This document shows, piece by piece, positions 26,201 to 35,836 of a stretch of 64,000 nucleotides of DNA. A model generated the notes under the pieces. It saw nothing but the letters and a program-made list of their open reading frames with translations. It had not been told where the DNA came from and ran no database searches. Every line of letters begins with the position of its first letter. The first letter of the stretch is position 1. This DNA comes from a virus, in IMG/VR virus record IMGVR_UViG_3300009305_000018; one strand, given 5' to 3'. Position numbers and translations under genes: made by a program.

Positions 26201-28051
26201 ATGAAGAAAGCTGTCGGCGACAAAATGACAGAAGTTAAAACGAAGATTTCCGAAAAATGGGACGAAGCAATGAAGTTCTTTAAAAACATCGACTTGAAAC
26301 AAATCGGCAAGGACATTATACAAGGTCTTGTTGACGGTATAACCGACAAAATGAAAGTAGTAGCAGATGCTATAAAAGGCATTACTGACAAAATTAAAGG
26401 TGCTTTCAAGAAGGAAATGGAAACCGCGTCACCATCTAAAGTTATGATTCGTAGCGGTAAAGATGTGGGTGACGGTATTGCTATCGGTATCACTTCCACA
26501 GAAGGCACAAACCAAAAAGCCATCGAAGGTGTCGCAAAAGTACTATCCACAGCCGCTAAAAAGAATGCAGAAGAAATCACTAAGATTGCCACTGAAGCTG
26601 AGAAGAAGCGTACAGAGGTTCAAGCTGATTTCGCTAAGAAGCGTGCTGAACTCGGGCGGAAATCTAACCAATCTTCTCAAACTGCATTGAAAACTTCAAA
26701 GAATAAAAAAGGCGAGATTGTTACCACTGGTACACAAAGAGTCCATAACATTCGTGCTGATGCTTCTTCTAAATTGACTAAACTCAATGAGGACGAGCAG
26801 AAGAAACTCGCTAGTATTAACGAAAAAGCGTGGAAGGATATGCAGAAGAAAGAAGCTGAAATATCAAAGGTCCGTCTGGAATCCGTCAAGACTTATGTTG
26901 CTGATAAAAAATCATTGGACGAACTGTCACTCGTAGCTGAATCAGAAGTGTGGAGGAAATCACTCGCTCTGTTCCAGGTAGGCACAAAAGAACGTGTGGA
27001 AATTCAAAAGGCGTACCAGGCATCACTTAAAGCGATTAATGATGAAGTCATTAAGGTCAATGATGAATACGCAGGTAAGATGATGGTTATTAACGACCGA
27101 CTACGTAAGGAAGAAGAAGACCTTACGAATATGTATGTCAAATCTGTGGATGATCGCGCGAAGGCTCTTGAATCGTTTGCCAACACGTTTGATTTGTTCG
27201 AAATTAAGCTTGAAAAATCGGGTGCCGATTTACTTACGAACCTAACCTCGCAAGTTAACGGATTCAAATTGTGGCAATTGGAAATCGAGAAACTATCCAA
27301 TAAGGCTATTGATGACGGATTGATTGCTGAGTTACGCGAGATGGGACCGAAAGCTTTACCTGAACTACTTGCTCTTAACTCGCTCACTGGCGAGCAACTT
27401 ACTCAGTACTCTGCTCTGTATCAAGAGAAAGCCAAACTTGCACGTACGCAAGCGGAAGCTGAACTGATTGGTATGAAAACAGATACGAAGAAACGCATTG
27501 ACGAATTGCGCGTTACAGCAAACACGGAACTTGAAGCATTACGCGTTGAATGGACAACTAAAATTCAATCCATCACAAAAACGACGGATGATGAGCTGAA
27601 ATCACTTAAACAAATTGGTGTAAACGCAGGACAAGGATTACTTGATGGATTGGCTAGTATGGAAGGTTCGCTCGTAGCTAAAGCGCGATCAATCGCCCAA
27701 GCAGTAAGTGCAGCAATGGCATCTGCATTACAAGTTAAGTCACCTTCAAGGGTCACGATGAAGATTGGTCAATTCGTTGGCGAGGGTCTAGAAGTTGGAA
27801 TGGAAAATTCCATTGCGTCGATTAAAAACGCAGCTAGAGCGATGGCAAGTGCAGCTGTCCCAAATGTAGCAGCCTTTGCTAATCCACAACACGGTGGGTC
27901 AATGCACCCTGCTATTGCTTCGAGTGGAATCAACGGTGGAGATACGTATACGGGTCCTATATACGTTAATATCGACGGGAAAGATTTCGATAACATGCGA
28001 GATATTACGGACTTCTTTAGTCATCTAAAACAAGTAACTAGGAAGAGTTAA
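23285..28051 (+). CDS. Tape measure protein (TP901-like core)
   Basis: 1588 aa Ala/Gly-rich helical protein; FESSFAGIRKT, LGSSIVALGNNFATTESEI. Confidence 0.95.
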   Translation: MAEDIGNLAIKLSIDSAKFEQSMASIDRNLKAMGQEMRGLQNHGNAWGQSTAGLTSKQDALSRMLSGQQTKVERLRAAYDASKAATGENSVETERLAIQLNRATAEYNRTEAELAQVAAALQRQRDELRLSESSWTQLGERMRAVGAVMSNVGKEMTKIGKNMSMKVTAPIMLVGTLATKAAVEFESSFAGIRKTVTATEEEFAELEKGIRDMAKSGPTAATELAAIGESAGQLGIETKNILAFTSTVSDIAVATNMTAEQAATDFARFANITKMPQTEFDKLGSSIVALGNNFATTESEIMAMGMRLAGAGAQVGMSEADILGLSTALTSVGIEAEMGGSAISKAMVRMQLASTSGFTGLQEVLGKTGMTVRELQMMASHSGKAFGHLAEDMGMTKKELNSLLTAGVDLENFGKIAGMTGEEFKTAFEKDAVGALGAFINGLGTAEEAGDSAINMLQEMGISEVRLRDALLRAGNASELFAGAVDLSNESWEENNALTNEAAQRYATTASQLETFKNKMVDLGITLGGIIIPVLLKIVEAIEPWIEKFAELSKTSQKTILVIAGIAAAIGPVLVVVGALVSSVGAIMTAFGTASMAIAVMTTGVASAVPGVGALAAVFTALTGPIGIAIAAIAGIGIGVGLLVNHLSKDAIPEVDRFGTGVSEATQKALGSFFELSDGASQSLMDMSIRNTVVTGEMASSMIDQFNTMNTQILEGLNTNHAERMAATSSFFLNSSVLTDAEEAKILQKQENNHTLDVLLLESKNARIAEIMNAAKNAKRDLTEAEAAEINNIKDSMNKFAVKALSASEVEQKIIMEKMKQSAGDLSAQQAAEVVKNSAAQREGTVKEAEKQFDETVGEIIRMRDETGVITAEQATKMIAEATRAKDETVKHAENMHKDVVKEAQAQASGHIEQVNWETGEILSKWEVFKNKTKTVFSDIAKGIQDGWNKAWTWTKEKVQSIMTSATEKFEEMKKAVGDKMTEVKTKISEKWDEAMKFFKNIDLKQIGKDIIQGLVDGITDKMKVVADAIKGITDKIKGAFKKEMETASPSKVMIRSGKDVGDGIAIGITSTEGTNQKAIEGVAKVLSTAAKKNAEEITKIATEAEKKRTEVQADFAKKRAELGRKSNQSSQTALKTSKNKKGEIVTTGTQRVHNIRADASSKLTKLNEDEQKKLASINEKAWKDMQKKEAEISKVRLESVKTYVADKKSLDELSLVAESEVWRKSLALFQVGTKERVEIQKAYQASLKAINDEVIKVNDEYAGKMMVINDRLRKEEEDLTNMYVKSVDDRAKALESFANTFDLFEIKLEKSGADLLTNLTSQVNGFKLWQLEIEKLSNKAIDDGLIAELREMGPKALPELLALNSLTGEQLTQYSALYQEKAKLARTQAEAELIGMKTDTKKRIDELRVTANTELEALRVEWTTKIQSITKTTDDELKSLKQIGVNAGQGLLDGLASMEGSLVAKARSIAQAVSAAMASALQVKSPSRVTMKIGQFVGEGLEVGMENSIASIKNAARAMASAAVPNVAAFANPQHGGSMHPAIASSGINGGDTYTGPIYVNIDGKDFDNMRDITDFFSHLKQVTRKS

Positions 28052-28078
28052 CGTCACACTGAGAAAGGAGGTTATCAA

Positions 28079-30016
28079 GTGGCGAATTATTTATTTGATA
28101 AATATAACGTTGCGTTTGGTCCGTGGAGTGGAGAGGTACACACATATAGTCCGAACGGCGGTTCTACAGGTCCTCAATTTTGGGGGTACTACGAACAACC
28201 TTTCTGGAATGGTGACGCGTACGTGAATACTGAATTATCGCGATTAATGAACCCACAAACCCACTGGTCCGCCAGTAATTATGCAACCAGTTCATCTAAA
28301 ACACATTGGAAGTTCAATGGTTATACAAGCGAATATTCAGCGACGTACGACCTAACCACTTACTCTAGGACCCGAAGCGCGTCCCCGACAACACTAGTTC
28401 AAACTGGGATAGTCGGAACTATTAACGAGTATCCAATTCACGGTTATCACAGCGACGGTTTCTATTACATCCGAACAGGTATTGAAAACAAGCCTTTGAT
28501 AACGTCACCAAACGGCGGAGAATCATTCAACGAACTTCACACAATCACGTTTTCCGACAACAAACCGACGGCGGGTATCCGATACCAAATACAACTGTCC
28601 CTTAATAACGGACAAACCTGGAAAGATATCATTGCACTAACAACAGTCGGAGCTACTTCCTATCCTTACAATTTCATTAATGAACCGGCAACCTCGACGG
28701 CAAAAGTTCGCGTCCGCGCTTACGATGGTCAAAACTACGGCGCGTGGGACGAATCAAACGGAGTATTCACGATTCAACACAATATCGCTCCGACGAATCC
28801 GACGAATCTTACACCAAGTGGAATCATTGTTGACAGAACAAAGACACAGCGATTCACATGGAAACACAATGATGATGATGCGCAGTCCAAAGTAAGCGTC
28901 GAATGGCGCCCACAAGGAACGACGGGATGGCACATAAAAGCGGCGAGTGGACCGGATCAATTTTACTTCATGCCGGGAGACACTTTCCCTAACGGTCAAA
29001 TTGAATGGCGCGTCCGCACTTATGACCAACAGAATCTATTCAGCCCTTACTCAGCTATAGCAGTATTCACATCTGCTGAACCGACTAATGCGCCGACAAT
29101 TGTTCAACCTGTGACACCTGTTTCGATTTCACGTCCTGTTGTCGAATGGATGGGTGGTGCTCAAGCATCTTATCAAATCATTATCGAGGACGCGTTGGGA
29201 GTCGTAGTGTGGGATACAGGCGAAGTTACTTCATCTATCAAAGCGCGGACTGTCGGTGTTGATTTACTCAACGGCGGTACGTATACAATTAAGTTGCGTA
29301 TTAAAGATGCTAGTGGTCTATTTTCATCCTTTGTCGATACAACAATCGTCATATCCTATACACCACCTACCAAACCATCTGTAGCAACTTACAAAGAAAA
29401 AGCGGGCATAAGATTTGTGATAGACAACCCACCTTCGAGTGGTACACAACCGACAATTGCGGAAAATGAAATCTACAAGCAAGTTAATAATGAGTGGGTA
29501 CGCATTGCGAAAAATTTAATTTCCGCATATACGGATTACGCGCTTGCAAGTGAGGAAATCGCCAATTATCGAATAAGAGCACTCGGTAACAACGGGACTT
29601 TCAGCGAATCGGACGTCATCGAAGCAAAAGCACCCAAATTAATAGGCGTGTTCCTCCACGATATTCAAGATCCTGAGATGACTCTTCATCATTTTAAATA
29701 CAACGGAAACGAAGGTCGGAGTGATAATTTACAACGAGAACACGCTTTTCGCCAATTTGCAGGACGGACAAGACCTGTTATCGAATATGGTACATTTGCT
29801 GATTATCAGATGCATGTAACCATCAAATTGTTGCGGGATGAAGTTGGTCGAAAACGATTAAGTCAATTTGTAAACGATGGAGCGATCCTCTTATACCGTG
29901 ATGGTCGCGGACGGAAGATGTATACGACATTGCCCACGCTTTCAATGGATGAAGTCTTTTACGGAAATGACGTTAAGCTTACATTCACAGAAATTGATTA
30001 CAGAGAGGAGGTGTAG
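28079..30016 (+). CDS. Distal-tail-position protein with multiple Fn3/Ig-like repeats
   Basis: ITSPNGGE; repeated VRVRAYD / WRVRTYD / IKLRIKD / YRIRALG; directly after the tape measure gene. Confidence 0.65.
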   Translation: MANYLFDKYNVAFGPWSGEVHTYSPNGGSTGPQFWGYYEQPFWNGDAYVNTELSRLMNPQTHWSASNYATSSSKTHWKFNGYTSEYSATYDLTTYSRTRSASPTTLVQTGIVGTINEYPIHGYHSDGFYYIRTGIENKPLITSPNGGESFNELHTITFSDNKPTAGIRYQIQLSLNNGQTWKDIIALTTVGATSYPYNFINEPATSTAKVRVRAYDGQNYGAWDESNGVFTIQHNIAPTNPTNLTPSGIIVDRTKTQRFTWKHNDDDAQSKVSVEWRPQGTTGWHIKAASGPDQFYFMPGDTFPNGQIEWRVRTYDQQNLFSPYSAIAVFTSAEPTNAPTIVQPVTPVSISRPVVEWMGGAQASYQIIIEDALGVVVWDTGEVTSSIKARTVGVDLLNGGTYTIKLRIKDASGLFSSFVDTTIVISYTPPTKPSVATYKEKAGIRFVIDNPPSSGTQPTIAENEIYKQVNNEWVRIAKNLISAYTDYALASEEIANYRIRALGNNGTFSESDVIEAKAPKLIGVFLHDIQDPEMTLHHFKYNGNEGRSDNLQREHAFRQFAGRTRPVIEYGTFADYQMHVTIKLLRDEVGRKRLSQFVNDGAILLYRDGRGRKMYTTLPTLSMDEVFYGNDVKLTFTEIDYREEV

Positions 30017-30019
30017 CAT

Positions 30020-31207
30020 GTGGATTTAGCACGTGATGGCTTTTCACACGATGCAGTAAAAATGGTGCTACACTCTCCGAATCGTCAGATTGATTTTCGT
30101 TACGAGTTATTAGATAAAGAAAATCGTAGGAAACGAGATTTAAGCAACGTGACAAGCGCAGACATCAGCCAGTCGATGCTCGCACAGATTAAACGCACCG
30201 CAAAATTTAGTCTGATAGAAAACGAGCAAGGCATTGATTACCTCAATGATCGTATCAAACCTTACATGAGACTGTGGATGCCACCAGGCAGGATAATAGC
30301 AAGAGAATACGCTTTCTTTAGCCACATTCATTCAATGGAATTAAACCGAATAGAAGGGAACGAAAACTCTGGTTGGATTGAATTCCCCCTTGGAGTTTTT
30401 TTATTGTCATCCCCAACACGGAAAGATGATGTCGGCTCTATTGTTCGTGATATTGAAGCTTATGATTTATCCCTTATATTACGAGATGACAAGTTTCTTG
30501 GTAGGCACACCATTGTGGAGGGTACAGCCTATTATGATGCTTTAATCGGCATAATAATGAGTGCTGGCATTCGTCATTACAACATCGAGCAGACGGACAA
30601 AAAACTACCGCGAACGATTGAGTTTGAACCAGGTGCGGAAAAAATTGAAGCCATCAACGAGCTACTTTCCCAACTTAATTACACGCCAATTTATGTGGAT
30701 GAAGAAGGGTATTTCGTTTCTCGTTCATATATATCTCCTGCTGAACGGTCAGCGGACTACGCCTACATTGACGATGAACAGTCAGTGACATTAATTGGAG
30801 CAGAAGAGGAACTTGATACGTTTGACGTTCCGAATGTTTTCACTGTGATTCGGACAAACGAAGAAGAAGGTCCACTTGTTTCGACGTACGTAAATAATAA
30901 TCCAGACAGCCCGCTGTCGACAGTAAGTCGTGGCCGAAACATCGTAGATCATCGAGAGATTGATAACATTGCGGATCAACAGGCGCTTGATTCGTTTGTA
31001 GGGAGAATAGCGTTTGAAGCAAGTCAAGTGTACGGTCGTATCCGTTTTAAGTCGGCACTAATGCCTGTACATGGTTATGCGGATGTATTACAGATGCGTT
31101 ATCGGGAATTAAAGATTGACGGGAAATACCTTGAATTAAATTGGACTATGAAGTTAGAAGTTGGCGGGGATATGGAACACGAATTACGACAGGTGGTGAC
31201 GTTATGA
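30020..31207 (+). CDS. Baseplate hub / Tal-like protein
   Basis: IKRTAKFSL, EFPLGVFLLSSP, IEAINELL..LNY, SRGRNIV; position in tail module. Confidence 0.7.
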   Translation: MDLARDGFSHDAVKMVLHSPNRQIDFRYELLDKENRRKRDLSNVTSADISQSMLAQIKRTAKFSLIENEQGIDYLNDRIKPYMRLWMPPGRIIAREYAFFSHIHSMELNRIEGNENSGWIEFPLGVFLLSSPTRKDDVGSIVRDIEAYDLSLILRDDKFLGRHTIVEGTAYYDALIGIIMSAGIRHYNIEQTDKKLPRTIEFEPGAEKIEAINELLSQLNYTPIYVDEEGYFVSRSYISPAERSADYAYIDDEQSVTLIGAEEELDTFDVPNVFTVIRTNEEEGPLVSTYVNNNPDSPLSTVSRGRNIVDHREIDNIADQQALDSFVGRIAFEASQVYGRIRFKSALMPVHGYADVLQMRYRELKIDGKYLELNWTMKLEVGGDMEHELRQVVTL

Positions 31208-31425
31208 TTACACCTGAAGAATTTGTAGGTTTATTCGGCAAAGAGAAACAATCGAAAAGTGTTCGGTTCGGAACAATTACGGACGCTACCGGAAAGCCGC
31301 GCTTACGACTGGATGGCGAAACAATTGCGTCAGTTAAGCGTTACCCACGATTGGCGTCATACACTCCGGTAATTGGTGATAGGGTTATGATTTTCAGTGG
31401 CGTGGTAATAGGTAAGATCATTTAG
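31204..31425 (+). CDS. Small baseplate-associated protein
   Basis: RFGTI, KRYPRLASYTP..GDRV. Confidence 0.65.
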   Translation: MITPEEFVGLFGKEKQSKSVRFGTITDATGKPRLRLDGETIASVKRYPRLASYTPVIGDRVMIFSGVVIGKII

Positions 31426-31435
31426 GAGGGATATC

Positions 31436-31792
31436 ATGAATGCGACAGAACAACCACTAGTTAAATCACAAGGTATTCCAGCGCCACAATATTTTAATAA
31501 ACAAGGAAATAAATTCGAATTTATTGAAGGTGAACACGGGGCAAACGCTTTTATCCAAAAAGGCACAGTTGCGATGGAATCATGGCAAGGAAACGCGAAC
31601 GAAGTAAGGACTTTCCCGAGTGAACGTTTCGGCTTTTCCATCGTTAATGACGGGTTGACCGATGTAACATTTACGATTAACGGAAATACAAGAGTTGTTA
31701 AAAAGTATGAAGTATACGGAGCGTTGTTTGAACCGTTCACAGCTGTGGACATCGTGACAACTAGTGCATATCGAGCGGAGGTGCTTAGATAA
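31436..31792 (+). CDS. Tail-associated hypothetical protein
   Basis: SD AGGAGGG; 118 aa beta-rich. Confidence 0.6.
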   Translation: MNATEQPLVKSQGIPAPQYFNKQGNKFEFIEGEHGANAFIQKGTVAMESWQGNANEVRTFPSERFGFSIVNDGLTDVTFTINGNTRVVKKYEVYGALFEPFTAVDIVTTSAYRAEVLR

Positions 31793-34533
31793 TGGCATGG
31801 GGTACAAACGGTGGAAAACAAGCTATTGAAGCGGCAAAAGAAGCGTCGGTAATGGCTTATGCCGCAGAAAATGCCGCACAGGAAGCATTTGCGGCAAAGC
31901 AATTGACATTGGAAGCTACAGCAAATTCAAAAATAGAAACTGATTATATCAAAGGCAAGCGTCCGTTAATCGAACAATCTATCGTAGATGCAGCTGCCTC
32001 TAAAACTCAGAGTGCTAATGCGGTGGTCGTGTCAGGTGCAGCTAAAACTACAGCGGAAACGGTACGGGGTGAATTCGATCGAGTAGTTGCAGAAGCTGGA
32101 TCTAACAATCCAGAGGTCGTACAGGCTCGTGGTGGAGAGGTCAATTTAGGCGTCAGGATGGATAAGGTTACTACGCAGTTGGCGGAAAAGGCGAATCAAA
32201 CAGACATCGTTAAGGCAGACGGTATTTCTATCGTTGTTGATGACACAGGCGTGTTGTCGGCAATAGGGACATCGGGCGGCGGAGTACTGACGAACTTCGA
32301 CCCCGAAACGACTTACGCGGCGAGTGACATTATTACGTTTATGGGTAAATTGTACGTGTCTAGGGTGTCTTTTAACGTGGGTAATGTACCCTCAGCGTTA
32401 ACCAATTTTTGGAGGGAGTACGATGGCGGAGCGTTTGAAATTACCGAGGGGCGTAATCTTTACTCACCGGGTCTTGCGAAAGATGGACAGACAATATCTT
32501 ACGGTAAATCGGGATATACACCTTTAGCCACCTCGTCAGTTCTTGGGCGGTTCCGAGTTGAAAAAAATACCACGTACACCATATCGACTCCAAATTTAAC
32601 ACACCCGATTACGAATAGGTTTATTTGTCTCAACATAAACGGAGAATATCTCGGGGTGTCCTCTGCTATATCGACTTATACTGTTGCGGCAGGCATTACG
32701 GATAGCTTGCGAAGAGTAGAGAATGGTCGGAGTCAAAGAACGTTCACGATTCACGCGGATAGCGAAATTGCCTACGTGGACACTAGTTTACTAGACCCCG
32801 CCGTAGCGCATACCACGGAGTCTTTTGAAGAACTTCGCAAATTGATTCAAATAGAAAAGGGGGTTGCTTTCACTTCTTTCGAGCCTCATGGAACGAGTCA
32901 TATGGAACTTAAATCAGGCGCTTTACCAGTAGGAGCAATTTCGGAATTAAACATGTCTGATGATATGAAAAAAGGAGTCGTTGGGGGTATTGCATCTCAT
33001 AATGATTTAGTATTACTAAAAAACACCTTATCGAAAAGCGAAGGGTTGACCATAACTATAGATAATACTCAACAAGACAGTGACATAGCGGTTCGTACAC
33101 CTTTTAATACTGAATCGGATTTAGTGCATTATGCGCGAGTGCTTAAAAATGACGGAAGAAATAACGTAATAAATTTATTAGGGGCAAGACTAATACCTAA
33201 TTCTTCCGCAGACGCATACTCTATCGGCGTAAATTTGCAGAGTGCAACGGATGACGCTACCCCTCCTTATTTTAACGGGGATTATGCGGGAGCAAATCAC
33301 GGGTATTCAAAGGTTATTAAAGTAACGCTGACTAATCATGGGAAAACTTTTGCAGACATCGGCAGCGAGTGGACTGATAACGTAAACTCTAAATTCTACA
33401 TCATAAAGATTATTGATAGCAACGCTCTATGGATTTTGGGGACAAATACTGCATCCGTTGATTCGCCGTATAGTTCTACTAAATATGTCGGTGGAAGCTT
33501 AATACACGTAAATGGCGCGGTTAATACGACCACACTTGCCGGATTCACCTACGCATCAGATCAATTAATACCCACTACAAAGAATGTCGTAAAAACTGTT
33601 TTACTTGACGGCATTAAAAAAGTATTTGAAAACGGAACATATGCCGCTAAGTATGTAGATATTGCAGAAAATTATGATTTGGTTAACCCTTTTTCGATGT
33701 TAGAAAGGTTGATAGCGAACAAGCCGGTAAACGGGTACACTAAAAACCCTTCACTTGAAATTGGTGACGCGGTGGCAACTATTTCCAACGTACACAGAAT
33801 ACTAAGCGACGGCACGATGTTAGTTGTCAGTGATTTTATAAATTTCTCTAATATCACTTTTCGCAGATGGGGTTTGGTGCAACAACAAAAACCAATAGAT
33901 GCGTATAACGGCGGAGTTCATCGTACTATCCCTAAAACTTTGCCGATAACCATAGATAGCATACATTATGATTTAAGAACGCCTAGAAGTTTAGATTTAG
34001 CGAATCCTGCATTAAACTATACTCCAGAGTATTGGGAAGTGCCTAGTTCGCCGCCAGACCGCTCGGTTGATTTATTCAAGGACAGAGATAACAATAATAA
34101 AGTTGGCTTCGCGTTAGGGTATTTACCCTCAGAAATCAGAAAATCGAATTTATCAAACGCGTGGCTTCTTAACTCTACAAAAAAGAGTTATCCAAATTTT
34201 ATAAGCCACGATACGGATAAACCTTTACCAAAAGATTCAATAACTCAAGGGGTAGCCTACCGGAAATATTATGATTTGGAAACGGCGAGGGACAATATTT
34301 CTTTTTACCACATACCATTGGGCGATGTTACTTATGTGTATATTGATGCGTTCCAATCTTTTGATGATTTTATAAAACTACCGTCGGAATTTATGGGAAA
34401 AAAGATTGAAGTTATTGAGAAAACTGAAAACGTAGTGATTTTTGGTAATGTTGTAACAGGTAGATTAAGAATTAAAGTGAGTGAAAAAATCCCTATGTTC
34501 GGCTATGCAGTATTAAAAATAACTACGCAGTAG
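31792..34533 (+). CDS. Receptor-binding / tail fibre protein
   Basis: Helical N-terminus, EVVQARGG...TTQLAEKA hinge, CBM5/12-like FDPETTY...W segment, beta-rich C-terminus. Confidence 0.7.
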   Translation: MAWGTNGGKQAIEAAKEASVMAYAAENAAQEAFAAKQLTLEATANSKIETDYIKGKRPLIEQSIVDAAASKTQSANAVVVSGAAKTTAETVRGEFDRVVAEAGSNNPEVVQARGGEVNLGVRMDKVTTQLAEKANQTDIVKADGISIVVDDTGVLSAIGTSGGGVLTNFDPETTYAASDIITFMGKLYVSRVSFNVGNVPSALTNFWREYDGGAFEITEGRNLYSPGLAKDGQTISYGKSGYTPLATSSVLGRFRVEKNTTYTISTPNLTHPITNRFICLNINGEYLGVSSAISTYTVAAGITDSLRRVENGRSQRTFTIHADSEIAYVDTSLLDPAVAHTTESFEELRKLIQIEKGVAFTSFEPHGTSHMELKSGALPVGAISELNMSDDMKKGVVGGIASHNDLVLLKNTLSKSEGLTITIDNTQQDSDIAVRTPFNTESDLVHYARVLKNDGRNNVINLLGARLIPNSSADAYSIGVNLQSATDDATPPYFNGDYAGANHGYSKVIKVTLTNHGKTFADIGSEWTDNVNSKFYIIKIIDSNALWILGTNTASVDSPYSSTKYVGGSLIHVNGAVNTTTLAGFTYASDQLIPTTKNVVKTVLLDGIKKVFENGTYAAKYVDIAENYDLVNPFSMLERLIANKPVNGYTKNPSLEIGDAVATISNVHRILSDGTMLVVSDFINFSNITFRRWGLVQQQKPIDAYNGGVHRTIPKTLPITIDSIHYDLRTPRSLDLANPALNYTPEYWEVPSSPPDRSVDLFKDRDNNNKVGFALGYLPSEIRKSNLSNAWLLNSTKKSYPNFISHDTDKPLPKDSITQGVAYRKYYDLETARDNISFYHIPLGDVTYVYIDAFQSFDDFIKLPSEFMGKKIEVIEKTENVVIFGNVVTGRLRIKVSEKIPMFGYAVLKITTQ

Positions 34534-34575
34534 GAACAAACACGGTAGTAAGTAAAACAGAATAATCAACGAAGC

Positions 34576-34605
34576 AGAACGTCCACTAACAGGGCGTTCT
34601 TTTTA
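34576..34605 (+). terminator. Intrinsic terminator
   Basis: AGAACGTCC-ACTAACA-GGGCGTTCT followed by TTTT. Confidence 0.75.
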
Positions 34606-34633
34606 TTTATCCAAAAATAAGGAGTGAAAAATA

Positions 34634-35143
34634 ATGGGAGGTTTAAATTTGGGTCAATTAGATATAGTACACATGTATTTATTCGGGGGAGTTAAGTTTC
34701 TGCATTTCTTATTAATATTAATGGCATTAGATATTATCACTGGGGTTTTTAAAGCTTTCAAGAATGAAAATTTGTGGAGTCGAAAGAGTCTATTTGGATA
34801 CGCAAGAAAAATGCTAGTGCTTATCATGGTCATCATGGCAAATATCATCGATCAAATACTAGGCATGGGTGGGGCGATTACATACGCAACCGTGCTATTT
34901 TACATTGTCAATGAAGCTTTATCCATCATGGAGAATATGGCTGAACTTGGCGTAGTCGTACCGGCTGGATTGGCTCAGAAATTGAAGGTTATCGAATCGA
35001 GCAATCAATCATTTTCAGAGGAAATACGCGAGGAGTTAATTGGTTCGAAAGTTGACCGTCAATTAGTCGAAGCTAAAATCGACAATCGAATTAGTGCGAA
35101 GGTGGATGAATTGATTGTCAAGTCGAACGAAGGTGAAAAATAA
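34634..35143 (+). CDS. Holin (toxin secretion/phage lysis family)
   Basis: LLILMALDIITG..KA, SR....G..RK, NE.LSI.EN...LG. Confidence 0.9.
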   Translation: MGGLNLGQLDIVHMYLFGGVKFLHFLLILMALDIITGVFKAFKNENLWSRKSLFGYARKMLVLIMVIMANIIDQILGMGGAITYATVLFYIVNEALSIMENMAELGVVVPAGLAQKLKVIESSNQSFSEEIREELIGSKVDRQLVEAKIDNRISAKVDELIVKSNEGEK

Positions 35144-35778
35144 TGAGCGTAACAAGCCAAAACAGAAACATCGGTGATTTACACAAGGTAGCACAAGAAG
35201 CTTGTAAACTCTTTCTATCCGAGTGTAAAAAGGCGGGAGTTAAGGTATTCATTACAGAAACACAACGCTCACAAGCGCGGCAAGATTGGTTATACGCACA
35301 AGGTCGAACCCGCTTTCCTGGTCCGATTGTTACCAACACGCGGAACAGCAATCACAAAAGTGGGTTGGCATGGGACATTGCAGTAAGCCCGCCGTTGTCC
35401 TTGTATGACGCATCGACAATGGACAAAGCGGGAGCGATTGCCCGCAAGTTAGGTATCACATGGGGCGGAGATTGGAAGACTTTCGTTGACCGTCCACACT
35501 TCGAAGTTAAATCTAATTGGAAAGCACCTGCCGGTAACGTCGCACAGGACAAGCCACCGACTCCACAGACACCCATCAAAAAGGAGGTAATACGAATGTT
35601 TGACCCAACATCAAAGACGCTTAAAGATAGCGTTATAAACTATCTGGACAATGCAACACACGATAAACTGATTAACGAGAAATGGTTAAAACAAGCGAAA
35701 CAAGGGAAATTGAAGTTGGATGACCTTGTGGCACTGCAAGTGGAGATTGAAGATCGTCGGAGAGTGAGAAGTAAATAA
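35143..35778 (+). CDS. Endolysin, M15 (L-Ala-D-Glu peptidase-like) catalytic domain plus short C-terminal domain
   Basis: ETQRSQARQDWLYAQGRT, SNH..GLAWD, WGGDW..FVDRPHFE. Confidence 0.9.
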   Translation: MSVTSQNRNIGDLHKVAQEACKLFLSECKKAGVKVFITETQRSQARQDWLYAQGRTRFPGPIVTNTRNSNHKSGLAWDIAVSPPLSLYDASTMDKAGAIARKLGITWGGDWKTFVDRPHFEVKSNWKAPAGNVAQDKPPTPQTPIKKEVIRMFDPTSKTLKDSVINYLDNATHDKLINEKWLKQAKQGKLKLDDLVALQVEIEDRRRVRSK

Positions 35779-35787
35779 GTACGAAGG

Positions 35788-35836
35788 AAAAAGCGGCTCC
35801 TCCACAGATTATATTGTGGAAGGGCCGCTTTTTTTT
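35788..35836. terminator. Bidirectional terminator
   Basis: AAAAAGCGGCTCCTCCACA...TGTGGAAGGGCCGCTTTTTTTT. Confidence 0.8.

Noticed and set aside
326-30331. Many minus-strand and alternate-frame ORFs in the track overlapping real genes (e.g. 326-691, 23647-24318, 25543-26103)
   Set aside because: Shadows of the coding strand: no SD, Ser/Phe/Ile-rich composition, fully overlapping well-supported genes
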